A stretch of 64,000 nucleotides of DNA from a virus (IMGVR_UViG_3300022305_000561), one strand, 5' to 3'; shown: positions 46,262 to 55,393, counted from the first letter of the stretch. The notes: a model not told the origin generated them from the letters alone. Translations and numbers: made by a program.

Positions 46262-46726
46262 TTATGCTTCTTTAAGTGCTTTGTAAAAACAATGATTGCC
46301 TATTTTCACTGAGTGCTTAGGTCTTTTGGGATACCTATACTTAAATGAATCAAATGAATCGAGGTTTCCTATTGGGCTCTTTACTGCTCCAGATAAGATA
46401 TTTGATGCTAAGGTCATATACACTTGCTTATCCTTTGATGGAATACGTTTTTGGGTGTATTGTTGTTTTACTACTTGACACGCTGGTTTGTGGAATATTT
46501 TTTTAGACCGATTGACAATCGTTGCGCCCACTGCAAGTTGTCCAGCCAAAGACTCACCTCTCGCCTCAGAATATATGGTTTCTGCGACACATTGTATATC
46601 TTTGTGTGATATATGACTTTTAATAGTCACTGGTTTTGATGTAATATTCTTTTTGTGTGCTGTAGTCTGAGCATCCGAAGGTGCAGACATAAAGCATAAA
46701 CATAAGATCATTGTAGTTGATCGCAT
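46262..46726 (-). CDS. SleB-like cell wall hydrolase (Hydrolase_2) with signal peptide
   Basis: CVAETIYSEARGES..GQLAVG.TIVNR..C.VV.Q, KIGNH.FY. Confidence 0.85.
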   Translation of the reverse strand: MRSTTMILCLCFMSAPSDAQTTAHKKNITSKPVTIKSHISHKDIQCVAETIYSEARGESLAGQLAVGATIVNRSKKIFHKPACQVVKQQYTQKRIPSKDKQVYMTLASNILSGAVKSPIGNLDSFDSFKYRYPKRPKHSVKIGNHCFYKALKEA

Positions 46727-46875
46727 GTGTTTCTCCTATTTTTAGTTACAATATCAGAAGAATCCTAATATTGCTTTCCTATTCTTCGGTGACTCATTGC
46801 CTTGTTGAAGTTTTATAACGGAATTGTGACTTCAGTTTATCTTATACCTTTCCCCTAATTAGTTTCTGAATATAC

Positions 46876-46883
46876 TATTTATA
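46876..46883 (-). promoter_or_regulatory. late promoter, followed by a 150-nt leader of the hydrolase gene
   Basis: Exact TATAAATA. Confidence 0.7.
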
Positions 46884-46887
46884 TAAA

Positions 46888-47538
46888 TTAATAACCTTTG
46901 ATTCTTCTGAACTCACTTCTCGCTTCTATTGCAAATGGCATCCAATCTTCTGTCTTTTCAACAAAGACCTGAGAACCTTCATTATCCACTGCAATTAGTA
47001 TCACAATCTGTTTTGGAAAGATTCCTGTCATCTCAGCCATCATCATCGCATACATTGTACATTGGATGAAATAGTTGCTAATCCAATCTTTCTGTTTCAA
47101 TTTACCAGATGTCTTGAAGTCAATAACAGACAGAACACCTTTATAGTCTGCAATACAATCAGTAGTACCAGCAACCTCAAGTTTATGAGAATATAACATA
47201 GACTCTAAGCAATACACATTATCTATATCATCTAAGTTATGCTTGAATGTATTCCATAATTCAGCATCAAACAAATCAACATTAACTTCTTGATTGTTCA
47301 AGTAATCTTCACATAGAGTATGGATTCTAGTACCTCGTCCAGAAGCTCTAGTAGAAATCTTATTGGCTTCTTCATTACCAACTTTCTTTCGCCAAGCTTT
47401 AATGGATTCCTCAGAACCTAAAGAAGTGACCGTAGTTACTGAAGGATACTTGTTACCGTCGGGAGTTTCATATAGACGCTTACCATCTACATTGATGCGT
47501 TTGAGGGATGGTAGTTCTAAGGGAATGTGGTTGATCAT
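46888..47538 (-). CDS. PD-(D/E)XK (Cas4/RecB-like) exonuclease
   Basis: YPSVTTV, WRKKVG.EEAN..RGT.IH, AGTTDCIA, IDFKTS, YFIQ..MYA. Confidence 0.9.
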   Translation of the reverse strand: MINHIPLELPSLKRINVDGKRLYETPDGNKYPSVTTVTSLGSEESIKAWRKKVGNEEANKISTRASGRGTRIHTLCEDYLNNQEVNVDLFDAELWNTFKHNLDDIDNVYCLESMLYSHKLEVAGTTDCIADYKGVLSVIDFKTSGKLKQKDWISNYFIQCTMYAMMMAEMTGIFPKQIVILIAVDNEGSQVFVEKTEDWMPFAIEARSEFRRIKGY

Positions 47539-47726
47539 TTAGTATCCAATTCTTTTTCAAGGAAAAATCTAAATTCCTTTGCTATTTTCTTCTTATCATT
47601 CCATTCTAAGAAGTCACAAATACAATCCCCAGTCATATAATTAACATTAGAATACCATTCATCCTTATGTTGAGGTAAGGAATTAACAAATTCCTTCAAA
47701 TCTTCTAAATCAATTAAAACTTTCAT
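47535..47726 (-). CDS. hypothetical protein
   Basis: 63-aa ORF with ATGA coupling at both ends. Confidence 0.55.
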   Translation of the reverse strand: MKVLIDLEDLKEFVNSLPQHKDEWYSNVNYMTGDCICDFLEWNDKKKIAKEFRFFLEKELDTK

Positions 47727-48041
47727 AATGAATACTTATCGTCCGATAATCTAGGATAGGGTTTTTCGTGCTTCATCGCTTCTGCAAAATCTAAAGCAAA
47801 TACTTTAGCCGATGACAATTTAATGAACACATATCTGTTGTAATCAGGCACCCTACGAGCAAGCTCAGGTTGGCCATCGCAGACTGACCACTCATTGTGC
47901 TTGGTTCTGAAGATAGCTACCACGTCAACAGGGAAATCCCATTTGTCAAGCTTGATGTCTATTTGGTACCAGTCTGTATTCACTTTACGGATTTTTGAAT
48001 TTTGCTGGTATAGATTTCTTTACTTCTTTGAATGTTTTCAT
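47723..48041 (-). pseudogene. hypothetical early gene with a +1 frameshift in an A run
   Basis: ATG at 48041 with RBS gives MKTFKEVKKSIPAKFK; removing one A at 47992-47996 joins it to IRKVNTDWYQID.. Confidence 0.55.
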
Positions 48042-48056
48042 TTAGTTCTCATTTAT

Positions 48057-48099
48057 TTAAATTATGAGTTATTATATACTGGATAGAATCAAAAGTAAA
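48057..48099 (-). promoter_or_regulatory. early promoter cassette
   Basis: TTTACT-17 nt-TATAAT-AACTCATAATTTAA. Confidence 0.8.
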
Positions 48100-48102
48100 G
48101 CT

Positions 48103-48498
48103 TTATTTTAAAATAAAACTTCGGAAAGATTCAACATGTAGCACTGGATTTGGGGTCTTAAAGTTCTTCTTGCGCATGATGGTTTTAGCAACAAGATCAA
48201 TCTTGTTAGTCTTGCGATCAAAGTGTATGTTCACTGGGATATTGATGTCAGTGCTGAGGGATTTGATGACCTCCTCAATTTCCTCAGGAGTCTTTGATAT
48301 TGTGATACCGAACTTATCATATAGACTATGATATACCTTACTGAGTTCTGCAACGGTGATCTGTTCGATGTTACGAGGATCGTTGAGGCGATCAAGGAAA
48401 TGTCCACTAAACTCAACATCAACATTAAGTTTAGCGAATAATTTATCCAACGACGTTTCAATGATTTTCAGTTGTGCTCTTGATATGGTGCTTGGCAT
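48103..48498 (-). CDS. conserved T4-like hypothetical protein, late-expressed
   Basis: HFLDRLNDPRN..I...EL, KTIMRK motifs; TATAAATA at 48525-48532. Confidence 0.7.
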   Translation of the reverse strand: MPSTISRAQLKIIETSLDKLFAKLNVDVEFSGHFLDRLNDPRNIEQITVAELSKVYHSLYDKFGITISKTPEEIEEVIKSLSTDINIPVNIHFDRKTNKIDLVAKTIMRKKNFKTPNPVLHVESFRSFILK

Positions 48499-48541
48499 AA
48501 TATACTCCTATTTGGTTATTGGAGTATTTATAATCCACTGA

Positions 48542-48883
48542 TTATTCTTCCATCAGTTTATGAAGTTCTCTATCATATTCTTCTTCAAGGTCAAAAGCTT
48601 TGATTACATTAACCATTGCTTCTCTGTGTAATAATACCTTATCAATCGCTTTGAACATTTCAAATATGTCAAATTCTTTAACTTCATTTTTGTCTAGTAG
48701 ACCACATTCTTCTAGTGAGTTCATATATTCCTTAACCATTTGCGCTTGGTGCGCTAACCATTTATGAGAAAATATTAAATCGTCAATAGCGGCTTCGGGT
48801 TGAGTGGCACAACCTATTCCTAATTCAGTTCTGTACGATAAAAGCTTTTTGTATATTGTATCTAACTTTATGTTTGCATTCAT
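48542..48883 (-). CDS. hypothetical protein
   Basis: ATG at 48883 behind GGAGG; sigma70-like promoter at 48942-48971. Confidence 0.6.
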   Translation of the reverse strand: MNANIKLDTIYKKLLSYRTELGIGCATQPEAAIDDLIFSHKWLAHQAQMVKEYMNSLEECGLLDKNEVKEFDIFEMFKAIDKVLLHREAMVNVIKAFDLEEEYDRELHKLMEE

Positions 48884-48968
48884 TATACCTCCTAACACTA
48901 ATACTCCTTAAGGGGATAAGAATCAATATATTAGTATTATTATTATATTACTTATTGGTGCAAAAAGT

Positions 48969-48994
48969 AAACCCACCTTTTTATCGGTGGGTTT
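48969..48994. terminator. hairpin terminator after phoH
   Basis: AAACCCACC-8 nt-GGTGGGTTT. Confidence 0.7.
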
Positions 48995-48999
48995 GTAAA

Positions 49000-49776
49000 C
49001 TAAAAACCTAATTTTTCCTTGGCAATGATGTATGACTTGACAAGGCTCGATCTAACAATATCAGCAGAAGTAAAATGGATTCTACAGAATTCATCCATAG
49101 ATTCAGATATCTTTAGAAACTGAGGCAACCCAGTAACCTCTGAAGATTTCTTTACCAAATCATTCTGACTTAAATCACCAACAAAAATAATCTTTGATTG
49201 ATGACCAATTCTTGTTAGTATAGTATCTAACTCTTGGAATGTACAGTTTTGCATTTCGTCTAAAATTACAACTGAGTTATCAAAACTCATACCACGGATA
49301 GCGGTTGTTGTGGTGAATTCAACATATCCTTGCTCTTTCAAACGCTGATATGCATCAGGTCGTCCAAATAAGGTGGAACAAATTTGAATATATGGGTCTT
49401 CATAGATAGATGTCTTTTCATCTAAACTACCTTTGAGGAATCCAACATCTCTTGTTTGAACTGCCGATCGAACAATCAGCACTCTATTGAACGAATTACT
49501 TTTATCCATTACCTCTTCAAGACTCTTGTACAAAGCAATGAAAGACTTGCCTGTACCTGCAGAACCTGATAGCATCATAAAGTACTCTCCAACTGCATAT
49601 GAGTTGTAGAATGTCGCTTGATTTTCTGTCAGAGGCTTGAATGTTTTGAGGTCTTCGATACGCATTTTCAATCTATTCGATTGTACATTTTGAGAACCCT
49701 TATCGTTTGCTGCTTGATATTTTGATAAGTCATCAAAGTGTGTATCTACGATCCTAGTTGCTGGTTTGCGAGCCAT
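49000..49776 (-). CDS. phoH: PhoH-like ATPase
   Basis: GSAGTGKSF, GFLKG, IRGMSF, ILDEMQN, TRIG, GDLSQ.DL, DIVRS. Confidence 0.95.
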   Translation of the reverse strand: MARKPATRIVDTHFDDLSKYQAANDKGSQNVQSNRLKMRIEDLKTFKPLTENQATFYNSYAVGEYFMMLSGSAGTGKSFIALYKSLEEVMDKSNSFNRVLIVRSAVQTRDVGFLKGSLDEKTSIYEDPYIQICSTLFGRPDAYQRLKEQGYVEFTTTTAIRGMSFDNSVVILDEMQNCTFQELDTILTRIGHQSKIIFVGDLSQNDLVKKSSEVTGLPQFLKISESMDEFCRIHFTSADIVRSSLVKSYIIAKEKLGF

Positions 49777-49795
49777 CTTTTATATCCATTGTTAG

Positions 49796-50047
49796 TTAAA
49801 TGTCTGTAGTTCTATCTAAACAAGACCCTGGCGTTCGTTTGTGGATATTAGATAAAACCTCTTTAAAATCACTATTCTTACCTTTCAATAATCCTTGACC
49901 TATGTTAATAGACCTTACTACCATAGGAGAATCAATGTAAATTTCCAAATCTGGATTAGATTCTTTATAGGTATCTAACTCAGACATCTTCATCACTCTT
50001 ATCGTGATGTCACCTGTTTCTTTGTGTTTAAAACTATACGTTGGCAT
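49796..50047 (-). CDS. FmdB-like small regulatory protein (Cys-less variant)
   Basis: MPTYSF...TG...M.MSE...Y...NP, FKEVL..IH..TPG; usual neighbour of phoH. Confidence 0.6.
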   Translation of the reverse strand: MPTYSFKHKETGDITIRVMKMSELDTYKESNPDLEIYIDSPMVVRSINIGQGLLKGKNSDFKEVLSNIHKRTPGSCLDRTTDI

Positions 50048-50225
50048 TATTCCTCACATAAGCGTTTACTTTAGGGTTTAACATCATACCCTCTGTTGGA
50101 TCATAATATACGATTTCTCCATTCTTTCTAAATGGTCCTAATAAACCTTCCTTTTGCATATAGCCATCAATGCTAACTGAATTGGGAAGAGCCTCGGATT
50201 TTATAGGTTCAAATCGGTAGATCAT
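50034..50225 (-). CDS. hypothetical protein
   Basis: GL.GPF..NG...YYDP.EG motif. Confidence 0.6.
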   Translation of the reverse strand: MIYRFEPIKSEALPNSVSIDGYMQKEGLLGPFRKNGEIVYYDPTEGMMLNPKVNAYVRNNANV

Positions 50226-50361
50226 TAATTTCCTCTGGTTTAGGTTCTAAGATTGGTTCTGGTTCTTTCTTACCAAATATCAAATCCCAGTTATCAGCAA
50301 ACTTTTGTTGGTCACTTATTGGTCTTGGTTTAGAACCTTTCCCTCCGTGGGTTGCTGCCAT
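50209..50361 (-). CDS. small conserved phage protein (50 aa)
   Basis: Manual translation MAATHGGKGSKPRP..QKFADNWDLIFGKK; GGAG RBS. Confidence 0.65.
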   Translation of the reverse strand: MAATHGGKGSKPRPISDQQKFADNWDLIFGKKEPEPILEPKPEEINDLPI

Positions 50362-50511
50362 TCACATCTCCTTAATTTGATTACGATTTTTACGATACAT
50401 AAACAGTTTCACAAGATACTCAAACTGTTGGGGTTCGTGTTTCCAAGATGGTAGAGAACCATATACCTCTACCATCTCATTATATATTAGAATAACTTCT
50501 TCGTTGGTCAT
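50362..50511 (-). CDS. small hypothetical protein (49 aa)
   Basis: Manual translation MTNEEVILIYNEMVEVYGSLPSWKHEPQQFEYLVKLF.. Confidence 0.55.
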   Translation of the reverse strand: MTNEEVILIYNEMVEVYGSLPSWKHEPQQFEYLVKLFMYRKNRNQIKEM

Positions 50512-50765
50512 CTTTGAGCGTTAAATGTATTGAGATTGCCTTCATCATCAAAATACTTTGCTGTTGGTACGTGTCTAGCATACTCAAGAATAGAACCCAT
50601 ATACTGATCTTCATCAGACCAATTCAACTTACCAGCTTCAATAGGATGGTGGATATGGCTGATTGGAGTAGCAACAGAAGTAGTTCTGTATACGACCACA
50701 GCATCTAGTTCTAGTCCAACTGGGATTCTATTGCCTTCGTGTTCTACAAATTTATAGTTTTGCAT
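50508..50765 (-). CDS. hypothetical protein
   Basis: 85-aa ORF with RBS. Confidence 0.55.
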   Translation of the reverse strand: MQNYKFVEHEGNRIPVGLELDAVVVYRTTSVATPISHIHHPIEAGKLNWSDEDQYMGSILEYARHVPTAKYFDDEGNLNTFNAQR

Positions 50766-50825
50766 ATTTTCTCTCTTGGTTGATTAAAATCTTCAAAATA
50801 TTTTTGGTATTCAGCCATCTGTTCT

Positions 50826-51002
50826 TCATTCATTAGGTTCGTATCCATAGTTATTATAGATTGCCATGAACTCATCATTATCAAACTTTGCTTCAGGATA
50901 ATCATCATAATAATCCTCAAGTTGTTCATCAGTGAAGGTATCTAAATCATACTCTTCATACTCATTCATTGGCATATCAGTATAAGGTATTTTTGTTTTC
51001 AT
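50826..51002 (-). CDS. small, highly acidic early protein (58 aa)
   Basis: Manual translation MKTKIPYTDMPMNEYEEYDLDTFTDEQLEDYYDDYPEAKFDNDEF..; first ORF behind a promoter cassette. Confidence 0.65.
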   Translation of the reverse strand: MKTKIPYTDMPMNEYEEYDLDTFTDEQLEDYYDDYPEAKFDNDEFMAIYNNYGYEPNE

Positions 51003-51020
51003 AATATATTCTCTCTTTAT

Positions 51021-51063
51021 TTAAATTATGAGTTATTATAATATGAATAGAACAAGAAGTAAA
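51021..51063 (-). promoter_or_regulatory. early promoter cassette
   Basis: TTTACT-17 nt-TATAAT-AACTCATAATTTAA. Confidence 0.8.
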
Positions 51064-51137
51064 GCTTTATTTTAATTTATTTTCATATGGGTGTTTACAC
51101 TTACTAATTTTAATAAATACAATCATAGGAGATAAAA

Positions 51138-51419
51138 ATGAATGAATTTTTTAAGATTGTAGCGGACCTCGGATTCCCAATATCAGCAGCATTGGCCGCA
51201 GGTTATTTTGTATCCATAATGTTGAAGTTTATTTTAGCAGGAGTAACAAGTTCTGTTAAGGGAATGGCTGGTATCATTACTGCATTAGACAATAGGGTTA
51301 AGACTATGAATGCTGATATCATACGGATTGATACTCTAGTAAGTTCAGCTCTTGGTTTGAGACCCGATCTTGATAGAATAGGTAGAGCAAATGGAAAAGA
51401 AGATTGTAGGAGGGATTAG
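51138..51419 (+). CDS. single-TM holin-like (YvrJ-like) membrane protein A
   Basis: IVADLGFPISAALAAGYFV TM segment followed by a coiled coil. Confidence 0.6.
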   Translation: MNEFFKIVADLGFPISAALAAGYFVSIMLKFILAGVTSSVKGMAGIITALDNRVKTMNADIIRIDTLVSSALGLRPDLDRIGRANGKEDCRRD

Positions 51420-51739
51420 TGGATAATATTGCAGAGTTAGTATCAAAATATGGATTTCCTATCATTGCTGCGGGTGGTATGGGATATCTGGTGTATTCGG
51501 TTTGGGTGTGGGCAACCGTAGAGATAAAACCAGTAATATCAGAAACCAGTACTGTATTGATAGCACTCATAGACAGAATACGGATGCTTGATCAGGATAA
51601 CATTAGGCTTCAACAAAAGGTAACAACAGTATTACATCTTCGTGGTAAAACAATTGAAAGGGAAAGAGTTCATGCCGAACTACTAATAAACAAGGAACAC
51701 CATGAAAATAATGATACTAATAGCTCTGTCCCTGATTAG
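51419..51739 (+). CDS. single-TM holin-like membrane protein B (paralogue of A)
   Basis: LVSKYGFPIIAAGGMGYLV..LIALIDRIRMLDQDNIRL aligns with A (ITALDNRVKTMNADIIRI). Confidence 0.6.
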   Translation: MDNIAELVSKYGFPIIAAGGMGYLVYSVWVWATVEIKPVISETSTVLIALIDRIRMLDQDNIRLQQKVTTVLHLRGKTIERERVHAELLINKEHHENNDTNSSVPD

Positions 51740-52229
51740 CAGCAATATATTTGCATCGGAAATAAACCAACAATTCAAAGATCCAGCTTTTAGTGGTATT
51801 GGTTGGTCGTCACATATGTTTACTGTATATCAAACCACTCAAGCAGCAAAACAATCCATAGTAAATACACAAGCATCAAATGTAGCAATTGCTTCTTCAG
51901 CAGCATCCAATACTCCTGCAGCAAAATTTATGAACTTGTTCCAATCACAAATATACTCACAGTTAGCAACCCAACTAAGCAATAGTTTGTTCTCTACTTG
52001 CACCACAGCGGCTGGAGCAGCAATTTCTGGATGTACACCAAATCAATATAATGGTCATATGGTTATTGATGTCAGCACAGGCACTTCATTAGATTGGCAG
52101 AAATTGGATGCATCGGGTAATACCGTGTCAGCTACAAATGGATTAACTGCCACTCAAGTTCAACTCAACATCAACGGAACTAGGACAAATACATCTGTTA
52201 CTGTACCCATAGCATCGTTTGCATTCTGA
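51702..52229 (+). CDS. csgF: curli assembly component CsgF-like
   Basis: Signal peptide, then QFKDPAFSG.G...H; F...FQSQIYSQLA.QL; immediately upstream of csgG. Confidence 0.78.
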   Translation: MKIMILIALSLISSNIFASEINQQFKDPAFSGIGWSSHMFTVYQTTQAAKQSIVNTQASNVAIASSAASNTPAAKFMNLFQSQIYSQLATQLSNSLFSTCTTAAGAAISGCTPNQYNGHMVIDVSTGTSLDWQKLDASGNTVSATNGLTATQVQLNINGTRTNTSVTVPIASFAF

Positions 52230-53017
52230 TGAAAATATTATTACTAACATTAGTGTTATTAGCTGGTTGTTCTGCTATCCGCCCATTAGAACAGGTTGGC
52301 ACTAGAACAGAATCTAGAATAACAAAATCCTCGGCAGAACAGTTTGATAAAGTCCCTCATTTAGATGGATCTCCCTTAGCAGTAGCAGTATATTCATTTA
52401 CAGATAAAACGGGTCAAAGGAAACCATCAACAACATTGTCACTATTCTCGACTGCAGTATCTCAAGGAGTAGATGCTTATGTTATTAAAGCTTTAAAAGA
52501 TATTGATAATGGTCAATGGTTTAGAGTAGTTGAACGAGGTGGTATTGATAATCTTATTAAAGAGCGTCAAATTATAAAGCAAACACGAGATCTTTATGGT
52601 GATAAGACAGAATTGTCCCCTCTAGTTTATGCGGGATTGATACTTGAGGGTGGAATAATTGGCTATGATAGTAATACAAGAACAGGCGGTTCTGGTGTAG
52701 TTGCTTTTGGTATTGGACCTTATACCCAATATAGTCAGGATCAAGTAATTATCAACATGAGATTAGTATCTGTACAAAATGGAGAAGTCATTGCATCCGT
52801 TACTGTAGAAAAGAATATCTTATCTACTGGTGATGGCATAACAGGAATGACATTTTACAATTTAGGCACAAGATCATTTGAAGTAGACATCAGTCAAACA
52901 TATAACGAACCAGGACAATATGCTGTTAGGAATGCGGTTGAGACTGGTATTATAGAATTGTTATATGAAGGAGAAAGAAAACATCTTTGGAAATTCAAAC
53001 AGGAAGTTAAAAAATGA
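52229..53017 (+). CDS. csgG: curli secretion channel CsgG-like lipoprotein
   Basis: Lipobox LAGC; VAVYSFTDKTGQRKP, STAVSQG, WFRVVERGGIDNLIKERQII, EGGIIGYDSN..TGG, MRLVSV..GEV. Confidence 0.93.
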   Translation: MKILLLTLVLLAGCSAIRPLEQVGTRTESRITKSSAEQFDKVPHLDGSPLAVAVYSFTDKTGQRKPSTTLSLFSTAVSQGVDAYVIKALKDIDNGQWFRVVERGGIDNLIKERQIIKQTRDLYGDKTELSPLVYAGLILEGGIIGYDSNTRTGGSGVVAFGIGPYTQYSQDQVIINMRLVSVQNGEVIASVTVEKNILSTGDGITGMTFYNLGTRSFEVDISQTYNEPGQYAVRNAVETGIIELLYEGERKHLWKFKQEVKK

Positions 53018-53787
53018 AATATTTTGCAGCATTAATAATATTTTGGTTAATGGTTTTATTCACTTTTGATAGTCAATCAGCAGACCCAACCCCAGTATTA
53101 CCACCAAATCCAGTAATACCAACAATGCCGACAAATACCCCTAATGTGACAGCAGCAGCATTAGAATCTACAACAAATAAGGTATTCATTGATCAGGCTG
53201 GCGCTACCCCGAATATCAATATCACTCAAACAGGCACTGCGAATAAATTAGGCTCGTCTGAGTTGTTACCTTTTATATTCCGTGGCAATTTACATACGTT
53301 TGTTAGTATTCAAACTGGACTCAGCAATACCCTTACTGGCAGCATCTATGGTGATACTGTAGGTATAACAACCACAATACAACAAATCGGCAATAGTAAT
53401 CTTGTAAATTTCAATTGTGGTAAAGGTACAGATGCTAGTTGTGGTGGTTCAACATTTAATTGGCATTTCTCTGGCAACTCCAACACATTATATTACAATG
53501 GTGGTGGTGCTAATCAAAACTCCGCTATCAATTCTGATGGTAACAATAACTCATTTAATTTCTTAATACAAGCACCTAATGCTGCACAAAACATACAATT
53601 AGTTGGCAGCACAAACACATTTAACTTAACTCAAACTGGTGGCGGTGCTGCAGGAAATTCGTTTGCTGTTAATTTGATAGGTTCAGGCAATACATTTAAC
53701 GCATCACAAACAGGCGCTATTGATAATGTCATATCAATAAAATCCTCAGGAAGCAATGGGACTTATAATATAACACAAAAACCCTAA
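53014..53787 (+). CDS. curlin-repeat (CsgA/CsgB-like) secreted protein
   Basis: Signal peptide, Pro-rich leader, about 15 N-x-x-x-I-x-Q-x-G type strands (NKVFIDQAG, NINITQTG, NTFNLTQTG, NTFNASQTG). Confidence 0.75.
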   Translation: MKYFAALIIFWLMVLFTFDSQSADPTPVLPPNPVIPTMPTNTPNVTAAALESTTNKVFIDQAGATPNINITQTGTANKLGSSELLPFIFRGNLHTFVSIQTGLSNTLTGSIYGDTVGITTTIQQIGNSNLVNFNCGKGTDASCGGSTFNWHFSGNSNTLYYNGGGANQNSAINSDGNNNSFNFLIQAPNAAQNIQLVGSTNTFNLTQTGGGAAGNSFAVNLIGSGNTFNASQTGAIDNVISIKSSGSNGTYNITQKP

Positions 53788-54872
53788 TGAAATTCTTGAT
53801 TCTATTCTTTATGTGTGCTAATGCCTTTGCTGGTATTGGTACCATTACTGAACAAGAGGGTCAAGTTAATATCAAAAGAGGTAATGGAAATCTAGTTGGT
53901 ACAAAAGGCACATCACTTGAAATGCTCGATACCATTATAACAAACAAGAACAAGTCTGGCATAACATTTAACGATGATACAACGGTAAATGTTACCGAAA
54001 ACAGTAAACTTGAAATTGACGATTTTGTATATGATCCAAACTCAAAAGGCACTGGTAAGTTAGCATTAAAAGTTGCATTGGGTACTGTTAGGTATGCTTC
54101 TGGTAAGGTTGCTCACGAGAACCCCAACAGCGTGAAGATTAATACACCAACAGCCACTATTGCTGTGCGTGGTACAGATTTTGTAATGGCAGTGGATGAA
54201 ATAGGGCGATCTATTATTGTATTGATGCCTCAGTGTGATGATATCGAAAATGAGGCTTGCAAGACTGGGTCAATAGAAATTATAACACCAGCAGGTTCGG
54301 TGGTTATGAATAAACCCTATCAAGCAACTCTAGTAGAATCTAGAGGTGATGCACCACCAATGCCAACTATTATCAAGTTTGATTCGAGCAAGGTTGGTAA
54401 TAATATGATGGTAACTGTCCCAAAAACTGAGGGTGGTGTATCATTGATTAACAAATCAAGGGATGCAGTAAAAGCTTCACAGAAGTCAAAACAAGATAAG
54501 AGTTCTGATAAGAACAGTACCCATACAACTGGTGTTATTGGAGTTACCTCAGAACAAGAGGCACAAATATCACAAGATATAGGTGGTATAGGTTCTATTA
54601 AACAAACAACAGAAAAGCTTATCCCATCAGTACAGAAGTCTGACGCTGAGTTGATGGGCGAGAGTTCTCGTGTTACTCCAGTGTATACAAAAGTAGTTCA
54701 AACTGGATGGCAATATTATAATCATACGGAAACAGATAGACAACAAGCAACTATAGTAATGGAAAAATCAACACTTGTTCAGATAGTTGTAATACAAGAT
54801 ATGATACAAGATACATTCCAATTTGCTAATAAGCCACAGGGGTTTATTACAATACGTCAAAACCAGAAATGA
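53787..54872 (+). CDS. secreted FecR-domain protein
   Basis: Signal peptide; D.I.T...I.F.D.T...TENSKLEIDDFVYDP, G.VRYASG, TPTATIAVRGTDF. Confidence 0.85.
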   Translation: MKFLILFFMCANAFAGIGTITEQEGQVNIKRGNGNLVGTKGTSLEMLDTIITNKNKSGITFNDDTTVNVTENSKLEIDDFVYDPNSKGTGKLALKVALGTVRYASGKVAHENPNSVKINTPTATIAVRGTDFVMAVDEIGRSIIVLMPQCDDIENEACKTGSIEIITPAGSVVMNKPYQATLVESRGDAPPMPTIIKFDSSKVGNNMMVTVPKTEGGVSLINKSRDAVKASQKSKQDKSSDKNSTHTTGVIGVTSEQEAQISQDIGGIGSIKQTTEKLIPSVQKSDAELMGESSRVTPVYTKVVQTGWQYYNHTETDRQQATIVMEKSTLVQIVVIQDMIQDTFQFANKPQGFITIRQNQK

Positions 54873-54882
54873 GGATATTAAG

Positions 54883-55173
54883 ATGGCAGTAACAAAAACA
54901 ACAGTTGTAGAGAAAGATATGGAAAAGGAAGATTTTATGACATCAAAATGGCGACCAATGATGGCTATATCATATATGGCCATTTGTCTATTTGATTTTA
55001 TGGTTGGTCCAATTCTTTATAATATACTCCAGTATATGAATCCTGGTCAACACTTAGATATGTGGCAAGCAGTTACATTACAGGGTGGTGGCTTGTATCA
55101 TTTATCAATGGGTGCCATCATTGGTATTACTGCTTTTGGTAGAACTAAAGAGAAGTTAGCAGAACAAGCATAA
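54883..55173 (+). CDS. holin (3TM/GTA-type-like)
   Basis: KWRPMMAISYMAICLFDF..P..W..VTLQGGGLYHLSMGAIIGITAFGRTKEK; ATG behind GAGG. Confidence 0.65.
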   Translation: MAVTKTTVVEKDMEKEDFMTSKWRPMMAISYMAICLFDFMVGPILYNILQYMNPGQHLDMWQAVTLQGGGLYHLSMGAIIGITAFGRTKEKLAEQA

Positions 55174-55210
55174 ATGTATTAAATACGAAACATTATTCAA
55201 TTAAAACCGT

Positions 55211-55393
55211 TTAATGTTTCGTACACCAAGGTTTATCATTTCCTACCCAATCTTGAATATGTACACTCCAACACATCAATTTATTATAAGTTGGGTATAA
55301 CCACTCACAATCAAGATAATCCATTAGGTAACTAACCCAGTCTCCAAGTATATATAATACCTCGCTCAAAATTCTTGCAAATATTTTTTTCAT
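55211..55393 (-). CDS. small hypothetical protein
   Basis: LYILGDWVS..LYPTYNKLM.WS..IQD..PW pattern. Confidence 0.55.
   Translation of the reverse strand: MKKIFARILSEVLYILGDWVSYLMDYLDCEWLYPTYNKLMCWSVHIQDWVGNDKPWCTKH

Noticed and set aside
46727-46875. c-di-AMP or c-di-GMP riboswitch ahead of the hydrolase
   Set aside because: The consensus elements of those families could not be matched; kept only as an unassigned structured leader.
46888-47538. Cas4 as part of a CRISPR system
   Set aside because: It is the stand-alone PD-(D/E)XK exonuclease common in T4-like phages; no other cas genes or arrays are present.
50744-50929. 61-aa ORF listed in the track
   Set aside because: Its 5' half overlaps the better-supported acidic ORF 50826-51002 in another frame. 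At most the part from ATG 50833 is real.
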